From a virus (taxonomy: Duplodnaviria > Caudoviricetes), in the IMG/VR virus record IMGVR_UViG_3300005764_000030, positions 1 through 44,551 of that record: a stretch of 44,551 nt of DNA, one strand, 5' to 3'. The notes under the pieces were generated by a model. That model was not told where the DNA came from, did no database searches, and saw only the letters and a list, made by a program, of their open reading frames with translations. Within the stretch, counting starts at the first letter, position 1, and each line of letters begins with the position of its first letter. The position numbers and the translations under genes were made by a program. This document shows positions 17,812 to 26,757 of this stretch, one piece after another.

Positions 17812-17985
17812 TCAGTCGGTGCCGTCAACGTGCTCGACTTCGATCACGCTAAAGTCCTGACCGGGCACGAATTCGTTAACTATTTTGGCCCATTTGAGAG
17901 CGGCTTCTTCACTTTCGAAACCGCCGACCGCACGGTCGAACATGACCGTGCCTCTGTCGTAGTGATAGATCACGACAGCGAACAT
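17812..17985 (-). CDS. small hypothetical protein, first gene of the motif-bearing operon
   Basis: 57-aa ORF starting at the motif; its stop begins the next element. Confidence 0.75.
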   Translation of the reverse strand: MFAVVIYHYDRGTVMFDRAVGGFESEEAALKWAKIVNEFVPGQDFSVIEVEHVDGTD

Positions 17986-18079
17986 TGTAGACTCCGTGGT
18001 TTGTGTGGCCGCGTTGCTAGACGCGGAGAGAAACAACTTCTCTATGACGTGCTCCTAGCCGAGCACGCTTAGAAAAGTT

Positions 18080-18572
18080 TGGAGTCTGGAGTCTATTCTT
18101 GATCCGCCACGTAACCGGTGCGGGATTGCGTCGCGGGTTGGCGTCGCTTGCTACAGCGCCCCGTGAGGGGATTCACAAGCGGGTGTCGCCAACCGCTCGC
18201 CGCTTGCGCCTTACCAGGGCGCGTGGACTACGATGGCCGCACGGCGATCACGTGTTGAACGGATCAAGTCGCCAGACGGTGCGCATAAGAAAAGGAGTCG
18301 AGTTGGTCGCACGCGTCGGCCGATGCCAGCGGGCCACGTTGATCCGGGTAGCTCGCGCGCCCCCGCATGGCGCGCCCCGTAGGCTTGGGGCCGCGACATG
18401 CCGGTCAGCGCGCGCGCGTTACGGCGCGGCTCGGTGCGCGCGTATTGACCGCGCGCCCATAGCTGGCATTCGTTTCTTTGGTCCGGGTCACGCCAGCCTG
18501 TCCGCACAAGAGGCACCGCCCGTATTCCCGTTTTCCCGACCGGGGAAGCCCAAGCGCACACGCGCGGGGCTC
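18080..18572 (-). ncRNA. ~500-nt structured leader RNA
   Basis: Between the promoter and the first gene; long-range complements atgccagc/gctggcat and cttgatccg/cggatcaag; three GACUCC copies. Confidence 0.5.
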
Positions 18573-18578
18573 ACACTA

Positions 18579-18607
18579 TATATAATGAGCCAAATTGGCA
18601 CATGCAA
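18579..18607 (-). promoter_or_regulatory. putative sigma70 early promoter with a palindromic operator in its spacer
   Basis: TTGCAT-17 nt-TATATA on the minus strand; operator at 18585-18603. Confidence 0.65.
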
Positions 18608-18613
18608 GGGGGA

Positions 18614-18712
18614 TAAGCTATTGATATTGCTAGAGAAAATGACCGTCCAAAAGATCACCGATGACGCGGCCGGGCTGTCCTGACCCGGCTTTTCCCTCCT
18701 AAGTCCTTGATT
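18614..18712 (-). promoter_or_regulatory. two IHF-consensus sites (18614-18626, 18700-18712) upstream of the promoter
   Basis: TATCAATAGCTTA and AATCAAGGACTTA match WATCAANNNNTTR. Confidence 0.65.
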
Positions 18713-19109
18713 TTACAGGTGATTTTGCCCGTTTTCGACCAGGGGAGACTTGGCCGTGACGCCGCCGCCTTTGCCGGGCGGCCGATTCCGCGCGTTGTGC
18801 GGCGACCGGCTTGCCCCTGGCGAGCGCCACAAGCTCGCTGGCGCGCGAGGCACCGAGTCCACAGTGCTTGCGCACAAGCTCGGCCCATATCGCCTTCGGC
18901 TTGTCGCCGCGCAGCATGTCGAGATACTGACCGGCGGCTTTATAGAATGGATTCGGATTGCCATGCCGTCGCTTCACGCGCGACCGCGCAATGGCCAGCA
19001 TCGAATTCACAGCGCGGACGCTCAAATGGTCAGCGTGCGTCAGCGGGATCACGTCGTCAGGAATTACGGCGACGTTGCGCCAATCTATGTCGGCCCATCG
19101 GATTGGCAT
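18699..19109 (-). CDS. basic hypothetical protein, possible DNA binder
   Basis: 136-aa ORF with CGLGASRASELV and an Arg-rich tail. Confidence 0.6.
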   Translation of the reverse strand: MPIRWADIDWRNVAVIPDDVIPLTHADHLSVRAVNSMLAIARSRVKRRHGNPNPFYKAAGQYLDMLRGDKPKAIWAELVRKHCGLGASRASELVALARGKPVAAQRAESAARQRRRRHGQVSPGRKRAKSPVKSRT

Positions 19110-19792
19110 TTTTCATACAAGTCCATCACGGTTGCCGCGACCAGGGCTTCGCGTTTGTCGTGACGTTGCAGCACAACGATGTCGTGTTGCGAGCCGTCCT
19201 TTTTGATGAGCGGCACGCGCCAGCCAGCGCGCGGCGCGGCGAGCCACGCTTCGATGTCGTCCTTCTCGCGCAATAGCCGCACGGCGGCGCGCCAGATGAC
19301 GCGGGTCGCAACGGTCACGTCGTCCGGCGTGCGCATGCCGAGACGTTGCGCCATGCGCGAGAGGCAATGATGCGTGATGAACAAGAGCGCGCGCGATTTC
19401 AATTCACGTTCGTCGCGCCCGCCGCCCTTGCTTCGAAGCACGTTGAGATAGCAAACGATCCACGGCTTCTGCGGGATGCGGTCGCCAATAATTATTTCTT
19501 CGTCGCGTCCGGCATCCCATCCGGTGTAGTCGTAAATTTCGAGCATGTAGCGCCCGCGTTTGCCCGGTGTGAGCCGCGTCGTCATCGCGCCAGCGCGCAG
19601 GATACGTTGCTCTAGCTTTCGCTGCGCGCGCGGATTGCCGTCAGCGGAGTCGAGGATCGCCGCTTGCATTTCCCCCCAAAGCACGGCGCGCTTCTTTGCA
19701 AGCTCGCGCATCATTTCCGCGACTACGCGGTCAGCGTGTCGCTCGGGCGGAAGCCCAACGCTTTGAATTCCTTGTTCGTGCATGCCGAGCAT
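19085..19792 (-). CDS. hypothetical protein
   Basis: Long ORF; start uncertain. Confidence 0.7.
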   Translation of the reverse strand: MLGMHEQGIQSVGLPPERHADRVVAEMMRELAKKRAVLWGEMQAAILDSADGNPRAQRKLEQRILRAGAMTTRLTPGKRGRYMLEIYDYTGWDAGRDEEIIIGDRIPQKPWIVCYLNVLRSKGGGRDERELKSRALLFITHHCLSRMAQRLGMRTPDDVTVATRVIWRAAVRLLREKDDIEAWLAAPRAGWRVPLIKKDGSQHDIVVLQRHDKREALVAATVMDLYEKCQSDGPT

Positions 19793-19801
19793 TTTAGCAC
19801 T

Positions 19802-20047
19802 TCACTTCCAGCCCCACACTAAAATTGCAAACGCCATGCACAGGGCAACGGCTGGAAACGAATACCAACTACCAGTCCACACGAACATGCCGATGGCCCC
19901 GGCGAGCGCGTAACCAAAGACCGCCGCGTCGAGCCACGTGACAGCATATCCGCGCACGTGGATTCCTGTCGGCTTGTCCGGCGGCAAGACGTGGCACGCA
20001 ACCCAATCCATTACCACGTCATATTGCTTCGGTATCCGTATTCTCAT
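19802..20047 (-). CDS. two-TM membrane protein
   Basis: Hydrophobic C-terminal half. Confidence 0.6.
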   Translation of the reverse strand: MRIRIPKQYDVVMDWVACHVLPPDKPTGIHVRGYAVTWLDAAVFGYALAGAIGMFVWTGSWYSFPAVALCMAFAILVWGWK

Positions 20048-20255
20048 TCGCCGTCTCCCACCATGATTTGTAGAAACGCGGACGCGATAGACCTTTGAAC
20101 ACACGAAACGCGAGTTGAGCCTTCGCGACGATGACCATCTGACGGGCGCGTTCTTTGCTCACGCCGAATCGCTCGCCAATCTCTTTGAGCGTCATCCCGG
20201 CAAGGTGCATATCAAGCGCTTCTGCGTACCTTTCCCAATCGCGTATTCTGCGCAT
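20019..20255 (-). CDS. sigma70 region-4-like HTH protein
   Basis: GMTLKEIGERFGVSKERARQM. Confidence 0.75.
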   Translation of the reverse strand: MRRIRDWERYAEALDMHLAGMTLKEIGERFGVSKERARQMVIVAKAQLAFRVFKGLSRPRFYKSWWETANENTDTEAI

Positions 20256-20258
20256 ATC

Positions 20259-20558
20259 TCATTCGGGTAGTTTCACGCCGGGGAGTTGGTCGATGATCTT
20301 GCCGTGCGGATCGTACAGAGTCCTTGTGCCGTCGCGTGCGATCTCGACGGTCGCCATGAACTCGCCGTTGCTGTGGCGCAAATAGATGTGGTTGTCTGAA
20401 AACGTCGCGGTGCCGATTTGCTTGCCGTCTTTGTTGTCTGTCAGCGGCACGGTGAGCGGGATGGATAGATTCGGCGGCAAGATCAAACTCGTCTGCGCGC
20501 GGACGACGCCGAGCGACCAAAGCAATGTAAAAGCCGCCAGTGTTACAGTCAGCTTCAT
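20259..20558 (-). CDS. putative exported protein
   Basis: Signal peptide MKLTVTLAAFTLLWSLGVVRA. Confidence 0.7.
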   Translation of the reverse strand: MKLTVTLAAFTLLWSLGVVRAQTSLILPPNLSIPLTVPLTDNKDGKQIGTATFSDNHIYLRHSNGEFMATVEIARDGTRTLYDPHGKIIDQLPGVKLPE

Positions 20559-20675
20559 GGGACAATTCCTTTCAAGAAAACGGGCCGCCGAGAATGAGCA
20601 AAACTCGACGACCCGCTCTACTGCCCGCCGCATACATCGCGGCGGGTATCTGTTGTTGAGTTTTCCCGTAGTAAG

Positions 20676-21434
20676 TTAGGCGAGTTGACCGCTTCGCCTG
20701 CGGCGGAAACGGTTTAGCCAAAGCATTCCGCCACCGCCGCCAAACAAGGCGAGGATGCCGGGCAACCCTGCGCCGACAATCGGTCCAGGGACCGCCGCTG
20801 GCGTAAAGAAGAACGAGTCCGGCCCATCGTTCATGTTGCTCATGTTGGCAAAGAAAATCAGATTGTCGCCAGCATGAACGTCGCCGCCAACGGTGATGTC
20901 AAACCCCGTCAGAGTATAGTCGGGGAAGCCAGTACCATTGTTGATCGCCGGGATCGCTGTCGGTGTCGTGAACGCTTCCAGCACCGTATGCGTCGTCAGA
21001 TTCAACAGATAGAAACTGTTGAGGGTTTGCGCGTTGCCGTTGTCGTTCACGTCGATCCCGATAGAGAAGTTCAGAGTGGGATCGCCAACCGAGATCAGGT
21101 AATTCCGCAGGAACGTACCGGCATAAGGGATGCCGATGGTGTTGTTCCCCGGGTTGCCACCACCCGACACGTTGGTCGAGAAGTCGGCAAGGTTCGTCTG
21201 GCTACCCTGATTTTGGAAGTCGGTGTAGCCAAACGTCGCGCTTTGCTGCGGCTGATTCGCGCCGCAGATCACACACTGGATATTCTGCGGCTGGTTCCCC
21301 GAAGGGACAACCGCAGTCAGCGTCAAGGGAGTGCCGTCGCCGGTAAAGGTTTGGCCGCCCAAGATCACATCGGCCGATGCCTGCGTTGTCGCCAACGCAA
21401 GCAAAGCCGCAGTCGCTAGAAGTACGCGTTTCAT
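20676..21434 (-). CDS. secreted surface protein with a PEP-CTERM/VPLPA-like C-terminal sorting tail
   Basis: Signal MKRVLLATAALLALATTQASA; Asn/Thr/Gly-rich body; tail AVPGPIVGAGLPG-TM-RFRRRR. Confidence 0.8.
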   Translation of the reverse strand: MKRVLLATAALLALATTQASADVILGGQTFTGDGTPLTLTAVVPSGNQPQNIQCVICGANQPQQSATFGYTDFQNQGSQTNLADFSTNVSGGGNPGNNTIGIPYAGTFLRNYLISVGDPTLNFSIGIDVNDNGNAQTLNSFYLLNLTTHTVLEAFTTPTAIPAINNGTGFPDYTLTGFDITVGGDVHAGDNLIFFANMSNMNDGPDSFFFTPAAVPGPIVGAGLPGILALFGGGGGMLWLNRFRRRRSGQLA

Positions 21435-21659
21435 GCGTGCTCCTGTAGCTAGTTTCACTTTGCCGGGGAGCTTTGATGGGGCGGCACCGTGCCCGCGTTT
21501 CCCTTCATTCAGGTGTTTTATTGTCGTGCCTTCCCTCCGCGCTCGCGGACCATCCTCCCGCTCGCGTGTAAAAGTCTCGCCGCGCGCTAAACGTCAGTCA
21601 ACAAAAACCGCACTAACGCACAGCGCTAAATTTTGGACGAAAGTTATTTCACTCGCTGG

Positions 21660-21956
21660 TCATCGTTTGCCGCCGCTGAGCGCCATTGCCAGCGGATCGT
21701 CGCCTAGCGCGTTGACGCTCGGCCGCCCGTCGTGATCGTAGTTGGGCGCGCTGCCGCGCTTCGATTCCGTTCTTGGATTGCGCGGCACGTCGGGGAGCTT
21801 GCCGACCGTCTTGAGCCATCGCCAAATGCGGTCAAGCTCGCTGTCTCTAATGCCGAGCCGTTCCGCGACAAGCTTGCGCGGCTCGCCGTCATGCCACGCT
21901 TGGATGATTTCGTTTTCAGGTGCCGGGAGCGGCGTCGATTGCAGCGGCTTTGTCAT
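21660..21956 (-). CDS. HTH-like protein
   Basis: IIQAWHDGEPRKLVAERLGI. Confidence 0.55.
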   Translation of the reverse strand: MTKPLQSTPLPAPENEIIQAWHDGEPRKLVAERLGIRDSELDRIWRWLKTVGKLPDVPRNPRTESKRGSAPNYDHDGRPSVNALGDDPLAMALSGGKR

Positions 21957-23020
21957 GGCATTTCTCCGCTACGTCATCACGAAATTCCAAACGAAAGTCA
22001 CCGGTCTTTGAGTCAACAAGCACGCGCTCGGTGACGTGACCGGCTTTCTTCGCGGCCCGCAACGCGCGGGTCATGTCGGTTTCCCGAAAGTTCACGGTAG
22101 ACTTGCTCACGGCTTACCTTCCATTTCTTCCCGGTCAAAGCGGTTATTGCTCCTGCGGATTCGTCGTCCCGGCCTTTAGAAAGCGCGTGCGCACTTCGGC
22201 CATCTCTTGCTGGCTGGCTTTGATGCTGTCGGTGAACGCTCTGAGCCGGGCGATTTGCTCGGCCGTGCGCTCGCGCAATTCCTTGGCGTAGGCATAGGCT
22301 TCCTCGCGGTGCGTCTCCGCTTCCTTCACCGCTTCGTCGGCGTGCTGTTCGATAAACTTTGCCAAGTCTTCCGCTACGGAATGTTGCGCGAGTTGCGCAG
22401 GCAATGGGCCGTTGGCGTCGCGCTTGATCTTCGCCGTGAGCCCTGAAAGTTCTTCCTCCAATGTCTGCGCCGATTTTCGTACCGGGATATTGTTAGCTGG
22501 CGGTAGGTTCGTCATGGCTGTGTCCTTTCTTACTTCGCTAGTTTCGTTGCGCAGTCGAGACAGATTTTCTTAGGCTTACGCGGCGCGTGCCAGCGATACA
22601 TGATCCTGGCGTCGCACTTGCAACAGTAGCCGGTGAGATTGTCGTCGAACTCTGACGGCCCTTCCGGCATGCACACGACGAAATCCACATCTTCCGCTTC
22701 CCGGTCAGACACTTCCGTGACAGGCACGCCTTGAATGAACACCTTGCGGCTCACGCGCGCCCCTTCATTTCCGGCTGGCCTTCGAAGCGTTTGATTTGCT
22801 CTTTGAACAGCGTAACGATGTCGCGCCGGTCAGCACCATTGCTGATATAGTTGGCGCGGCCTTCGTGCGAGCCGTATTCAAAAAGCAACAGTACGAAGCC
22901 TACTTTTTTGTCTTTGCCTCTGGCTTTTCCGTTGAGCATTTCGTCGAGCGCGCCCGCGAGCGCGTTCATTTGCTCGATATATTTCGGCTCAATCGGCGCG
23001 TCGCCTAGCGTATGCTTCAT
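21916..23020 (-). CDS. four small hypothetical ORFs (21916-22110; 22144-22515 coiled-coil; 22530-22754 CxxC zinc finger; 22751-23020)
   Basis: Head-to-tail ORFs downstream of recT. Confidence 0.65.
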
Positions 23021-24069
23021 TGCGTCCGCCATTCCGGCATGCTCTTGCCGTCGTATCCGGCGGCCCATGCGATTTGCTCGCGGTTCTTGTCATTGGTTGC
23101 GTAGTCGTCGGGCACGGAATCGGGCTTGCCCGCTTTGCGATCCTGTTGCCCGCGCGCGAATGCACGCTTGACCGAATCAATATCAGCGGGCGAGGGACCG
23201 CGAGTGTGTGTGGGACTCGCGGCCCCGCCGTCTGCCCCTTGCGGGCGGGAATCGTCAGGCAAATCCGCAGGGGGCAAACTCTTTTGCGTCGGCGCGCCCG
23301 CACCGAAATCATCGAGCATGTCAGCGACGCTCGCGGCTTGCGGCGGAAGTTCATGCCGCGTGGCCGAGCCATCGATGGTGCGCGGGGGCACCGCGCCGGA
23401 ATCTTGATCGTCGCGCTGCCAGAACACTTGCATGTCGCTCGATTGCGGAAGTTGCTTGGCGTGATTCCGCGCGAGCGTCTTGCACGCCATTTCGGGATAG
23501 AAAATCGGGTCTTGCCACGGGCCGCTCTTAGCTTTGGACTTCGAGCGAATATCCTCGATCTCATCCTTGTTCATGACGGCATAGCTTTTGGTGCCGTCCT
23601 TGAACGTCGCAATGGAATAGCAACCGACCAGCGGACGCTTGCGACCGCCGGACATGCTCGGCGTGTGCCGGATGAATTCGTTGCTGCCGAAGCTCACGAT
23701 AAAATCGTCGCCTTCATAGACGGGGCGCACAATCCAATCGGCAATGAGCCCGGAGTTGCGCACCTTCTTTCTGATACCGAAGATCATCGGAATGTAGGTC
23801 GCGGTCACCCTGCCGCCGTCGCGGTCGCGGAACGGCACGATTGCCGCTTCCTGCCCATCGAGCATTAAGCCGTCTTGCGCCGCGCGCATTGCGACCTGAA
23901 TGACAGTTAGCGGATCGCATTGCTGCACTTCCTTGCGCTCTTGCCAGTTGGTGACCAGCGTGCGCTTGAAGCGAGCGACGGTCTTTTCGTCCATCACCTG
24001 TAGGAAGGCTTGCGTCTGCCGCTCGACCAGATCGCGGAATACGGCTACCGCAGTTTTCGTCTCTGCCAT
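23017..24069 (-). CDS. recT: RecT-family single-strand annealing recombinase
   Basis: AAQDGLMLDGQEAAIVPF, VYEGDDF, GPWQ...EMACKT, KQLPQS. Confidence 0.9.
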   Translation of the reverse strand: MAETKTAVAVFRDLVERQTQAFLQVMDEKTVARFKRTLVTNWQERKEVQQCDPLTVIQVAMRAAQDGLMLDGQEAAIVPFRDRDGGRVTATYIPMIFGIRKKVRNSGLIADWIVRPVYEGDDFIVSFGSNEFIRHTPSMSGGRKRPLVGCYSIATFKDGTKSYAVMNKDEIEDIRSKSKAKSGPWQDPIFYPEMACKTLARNHAKQLPQSSDMQVFWQRDDQDSGAVPPRTIDGSATRHELPPQAASVADMLDDFGAGAPTQKSLPPADLPDDSRPQGADGGAASPTHTRGPSPADIDSVKRAFARGQQDRKAGKPDSVPDDYATNDKNREQIAWAAGYDGKSMPEWRTQ

Positions 24070-24078
24070 TTGTCTCTC

Positions 24079-25129
24079 CTAGTGAATAGTCAGCGGCGGA
24101 AGCGCATCGAAATCGAAACCGAAAGATGGCATGGGATCGGCAAGCTCGACACGCCGCAGATATTCGCGCAGCGCTTTGATCGCCGCCTTGCGATCTTTGA
24201 ACACGCCAATCAATCGCTCGCGACCTTCGTCGTGGGGTCCGTCAAGGCTTGAGCTAATGTGCGTGGCGATAGCCTCAAAGCCATCGTCCGTTTGCTGCAC
24301 GAAGTTAATCGGGCACGTGCATTCGTCGTCGAAGTAGTCGAGCACGTCTGTGATCTTTTCCGTCATGTGTAGCCCACGATGCGCTTGCGCAAGGTATAGC
24401 GCGCTCTGTCTGTTGTGCCGGTCTTTGCCTCTCGGTTACGGCGCGCTGCGGCTATCTGCACGCGACGTTCCGCCGTGAACTTTTTCGCCGGATCGATCTT
24501 GGACATGCGAACAAACACGATAGTGAAATCAAATGGCGTGACGAGATGTCTTTTCTTTTTATTGTCGAAGTTGATCAGCATGGCACGCAGAATTTTCGGA
24601 GTATCGGCAAGCCAGCGATACCCGCGAATGTTTGCCTTGATATGCCCTGCGTCCACGCGAACCTTGTGCGACTGCAATTGCGGAAATTCTTGATCGAGCT
24701 TGCGAGCAATCGCTACCTTACCGAAGCACTTCCGTGGATCGCAGAACCCCTTAACACTTGAACTTAGCTCGATGTCTTGCACCGAAGCATGACAACGAAT
24801 ACTCAACTGATGGATTATCTTTTTTGATTCCCTAGTCATGGTTGATCTCACTGTTGCTTCGGCAACGCGCCATCTTCGAATAGCGGAGGGAAGCCGCGTT
24901 GTTTGAGTGGCTTGATCTTCACTAGCCGACTTAGCTCGGGATGCGCCCGCATCAATGCTCGCAAAATCGCGGGGCTTTCGCTATTGGTGAAGCGGAGTCC
25001 GTAGGCACAACGCACATGCTCTCGCAAATAGTTTGACGACCATCCCCATCCGTCATGCTCAATGCGGGCTTTGAGGAACATAGCGGCGCGATAGAAAGCG
25101 CTCACTAGATAGGCACGTTTGTCCATCAC
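24079..25129 (-). CDS. three hypothetical ORFs between exo and recT (24079-24366, 24363-24851, 24848-25129)
   Basis: Coupled ORFs; the middle one looks more AT-rich than its neighbours. Confidence 0.65.
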
Positions 25130-26085
25130 GCCGCGCTCTCCGTCTTGACCGGCTCGGGCTCTTTCGCCGCTTCGTCGCGCTTGGCGTTGATCTTGCGGTA
25201 GGCTTTGCGCGTGTATTCTTTGACCAGCGCCGCTTTGACTTCTTTGAGCGTGACGGTCCAGCCGCTACAGAGCGCGGTTTCGTTTTCGCCTACCTTGTCC
25301 TTTAGCTCGGCTTCGAGCGCTTCGACTTGCGCCGTCTTGGCGGCGATCTCGGCTTTGAGCTTGTCACGCTCGGAAAGAATCTCGGGCATGCGATTGTCGT
25401 GACGTAGGTCGACCACGCTGCCGGGCTTCGCTGTCGGATACATGGCGGCTATCAACCCTCCATCGCGTCCGTAGTCAGGCTTGGGGAACTCGCCTATGCG
25501 CACCGCTTGCCAGAAGCGGGCAACCGCTTCGCGGATTCGAAGCTCGGCTTTGGCGACGCGCGGCACTTCATAGTAGTGCATTTCGTGCGTGCCATAGCCG
25601 TCCGATTCACAGCACGCGATGAGCCCGAAGGTGGCGCGCGAGAGCATCATTTCGGTCAGCGTTTGCAGCGCGATCCATTGCGGCGGAAGCTCTGGCGTCC
25701 AGTACCGGCGAAACGAAAACGGATTGACAAGCTTCGTCTGTAGAACGCCGCGCCGACCGTCGCGCGTGCGGATGAAAAAGTCGGGCGTCGCCCCAAGCTT
25801 CAATTCCGGGTCGCGGAAATACACGTTGGCCGGACGTATTTTCCAGTCGGGATGGTCGCGGCCGGTGCGCTTGCCGATAGCGATCTCGAAGTCGCGCCCG
25901 CGTTCCATTAGCGCCGAGTCCGCTTGCGCCTCGCCGCCACCGGTCTTGTCTGCGTACAATCCGAAGATCGTCTTGTATTGGTGACAGCCAAAGAGCGCGC
26001 CGACGTTACTCGCGGTTACGTCGAGCTTGCGCCAGTCTAGCCATTGCTCCACGCTAACGATTGGGCGGCGTTCTATGCTCGGCAC
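25126..26085 (-). CDS. YqaJ/lambda-exonuclease-like recombination nuclease
   Basis: WLDWRKLDVTASNVGALFG, MERGRDFE, LGATPDF, LQTK. Confidence 0.88.
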   Translation of the reverse strand: MPSIERRPIVSVEQWLDWRKLDVTASNVGALFGCHQYKTIFGLYADKTGGGEAQADSALMERGRDFEIAIGKRTGRDHPDWKIRPANVYFRDPELKLGATPDFFIRTRDGRRGVLQTKLVNPFSFRRYWTPELPPQWIALQTLTEMMLSRATFGLIACCESDGYGTHEMHYYEVPRVAKAELRIREAVARFWQAVRIGEFPKPDYGRDGGLIAAMYPTAKPGSVVDLRHDNRMPEILSERDKLKAEIAAKTAQVEALEAELKDKVGENETALCSGWTVTLKEVKAALVKEYTRKAYRKINAKRDEAAKEPEPVKTESAA

Positions 26086-26305
26086 TGGAGTCGGCCCCGT
26101 GCTAAAGGCGAGAGCGGGGAACGAATCACGCTCGCCCCGCTCTATAACCGAAATTCGGCGCTAAAAAAAGCGATTTTATGTTTTCCACGGTTTCCCCAAT
26201 TGTTTCGCCTTGCTCGGCTATTTTCATTGTGTCAGGTTCATGACTCGGCGGCTCGCGCGCGTGGCGAGTCCGTCACACGCAAATCACACCATTGGAGGCA
26301 TGCCC

Positions 26306-26686
26306 ATGGCCGAAGGGACCAACGGGTACGACCGGCAGACGGTCGAAAACCTGTTACGTGAAGTCGACGAATGCGACCGCGAGCTTGCCAGTTTCAAGGG
26401 CGAGTACATGCAAAACTGTCAAGGCCCGCGCGAGGAAATCGAGGAAATCAAAAAGCGGGCGAAGGAAGCGGGAATCTCTCCGCGCGTGTTCGGCGCGCTG
26501 GTCAAGAACCGCAGGCTCGACAAACAGCAACAGAACAATGTCGCGAAGCTCGAAGCCGACGATCAGGACACCTACGACCGCATCTGTTCCGACCTTGGCG
26601 ACTTCGTGAATCTGCCGCTCGGCCAAGCGGCGTTGTCGCGTGCTCGACCACAACAGCATGAAGCGGCGCTCGATAGCGTTGTCTAA
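26306..26686 (+). CDS. GapR/DUF2312-like DNA-binding protein
   Basis: GGAGG RBS; coiled coil followed by IKKRAKEAGISPRVFGALVKNRRLD. Confidence 0.6.
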   Translation: MAEGTNGYDRQTVENLLREVDECDRELASFKGEYMQNCQGPREEIEEIKKRAKEAGISPRVFGALVKNRRLDKQQQNNVAKLEADDQDTYDRICSDLGDFVNLPLGQAALSRARPQQHEAALDSVV

Positions 26687-26757
26687 CTTTTTCTGCGGCT
26701 CTCTGAGCGGCGCGCGCGAGGCCCATTGCGCGCTGTCGCTCTGCGGCGGGGAGCGTT

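Larger units (their letters stand above)
10791..18078 (-). repeat. dispersed start-associated element: hairpin with CUAGCA-type loop, 9-14 nt spacer, then (G)GAGTCTACAATG
   Basis: Plus-strand cattgtagactc at 10791, 11456, 12127, 12823, 14945, 15933, 17105, 17716, 17983 (all at gene starts), a variant at 13217 and an orphan copy at 11026; tgctag loops near 11485, 12156, 12856, 13249, 14976, 15964, 17139, 17747, 18015 and a variant near 10822. Confidence 0.97.

Noticed and set aside
10791-18078. Repeats as a CRISPR array or integron attC cassette array
   Set aside because: Spacing is gene-sized and irregular, there are no cas genes or integron integrase in the window, and I saw no RYYYAAC/GTTRRRY ends
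18099-18683. 194-aa plus-strand and 116-aa minus-strand ORFs in the leader
   Set aside because: Arg/Ala-rich with no RBS or recognisable motif; typical GC-rich spurious ORFs, although small peptides cannot be excluded
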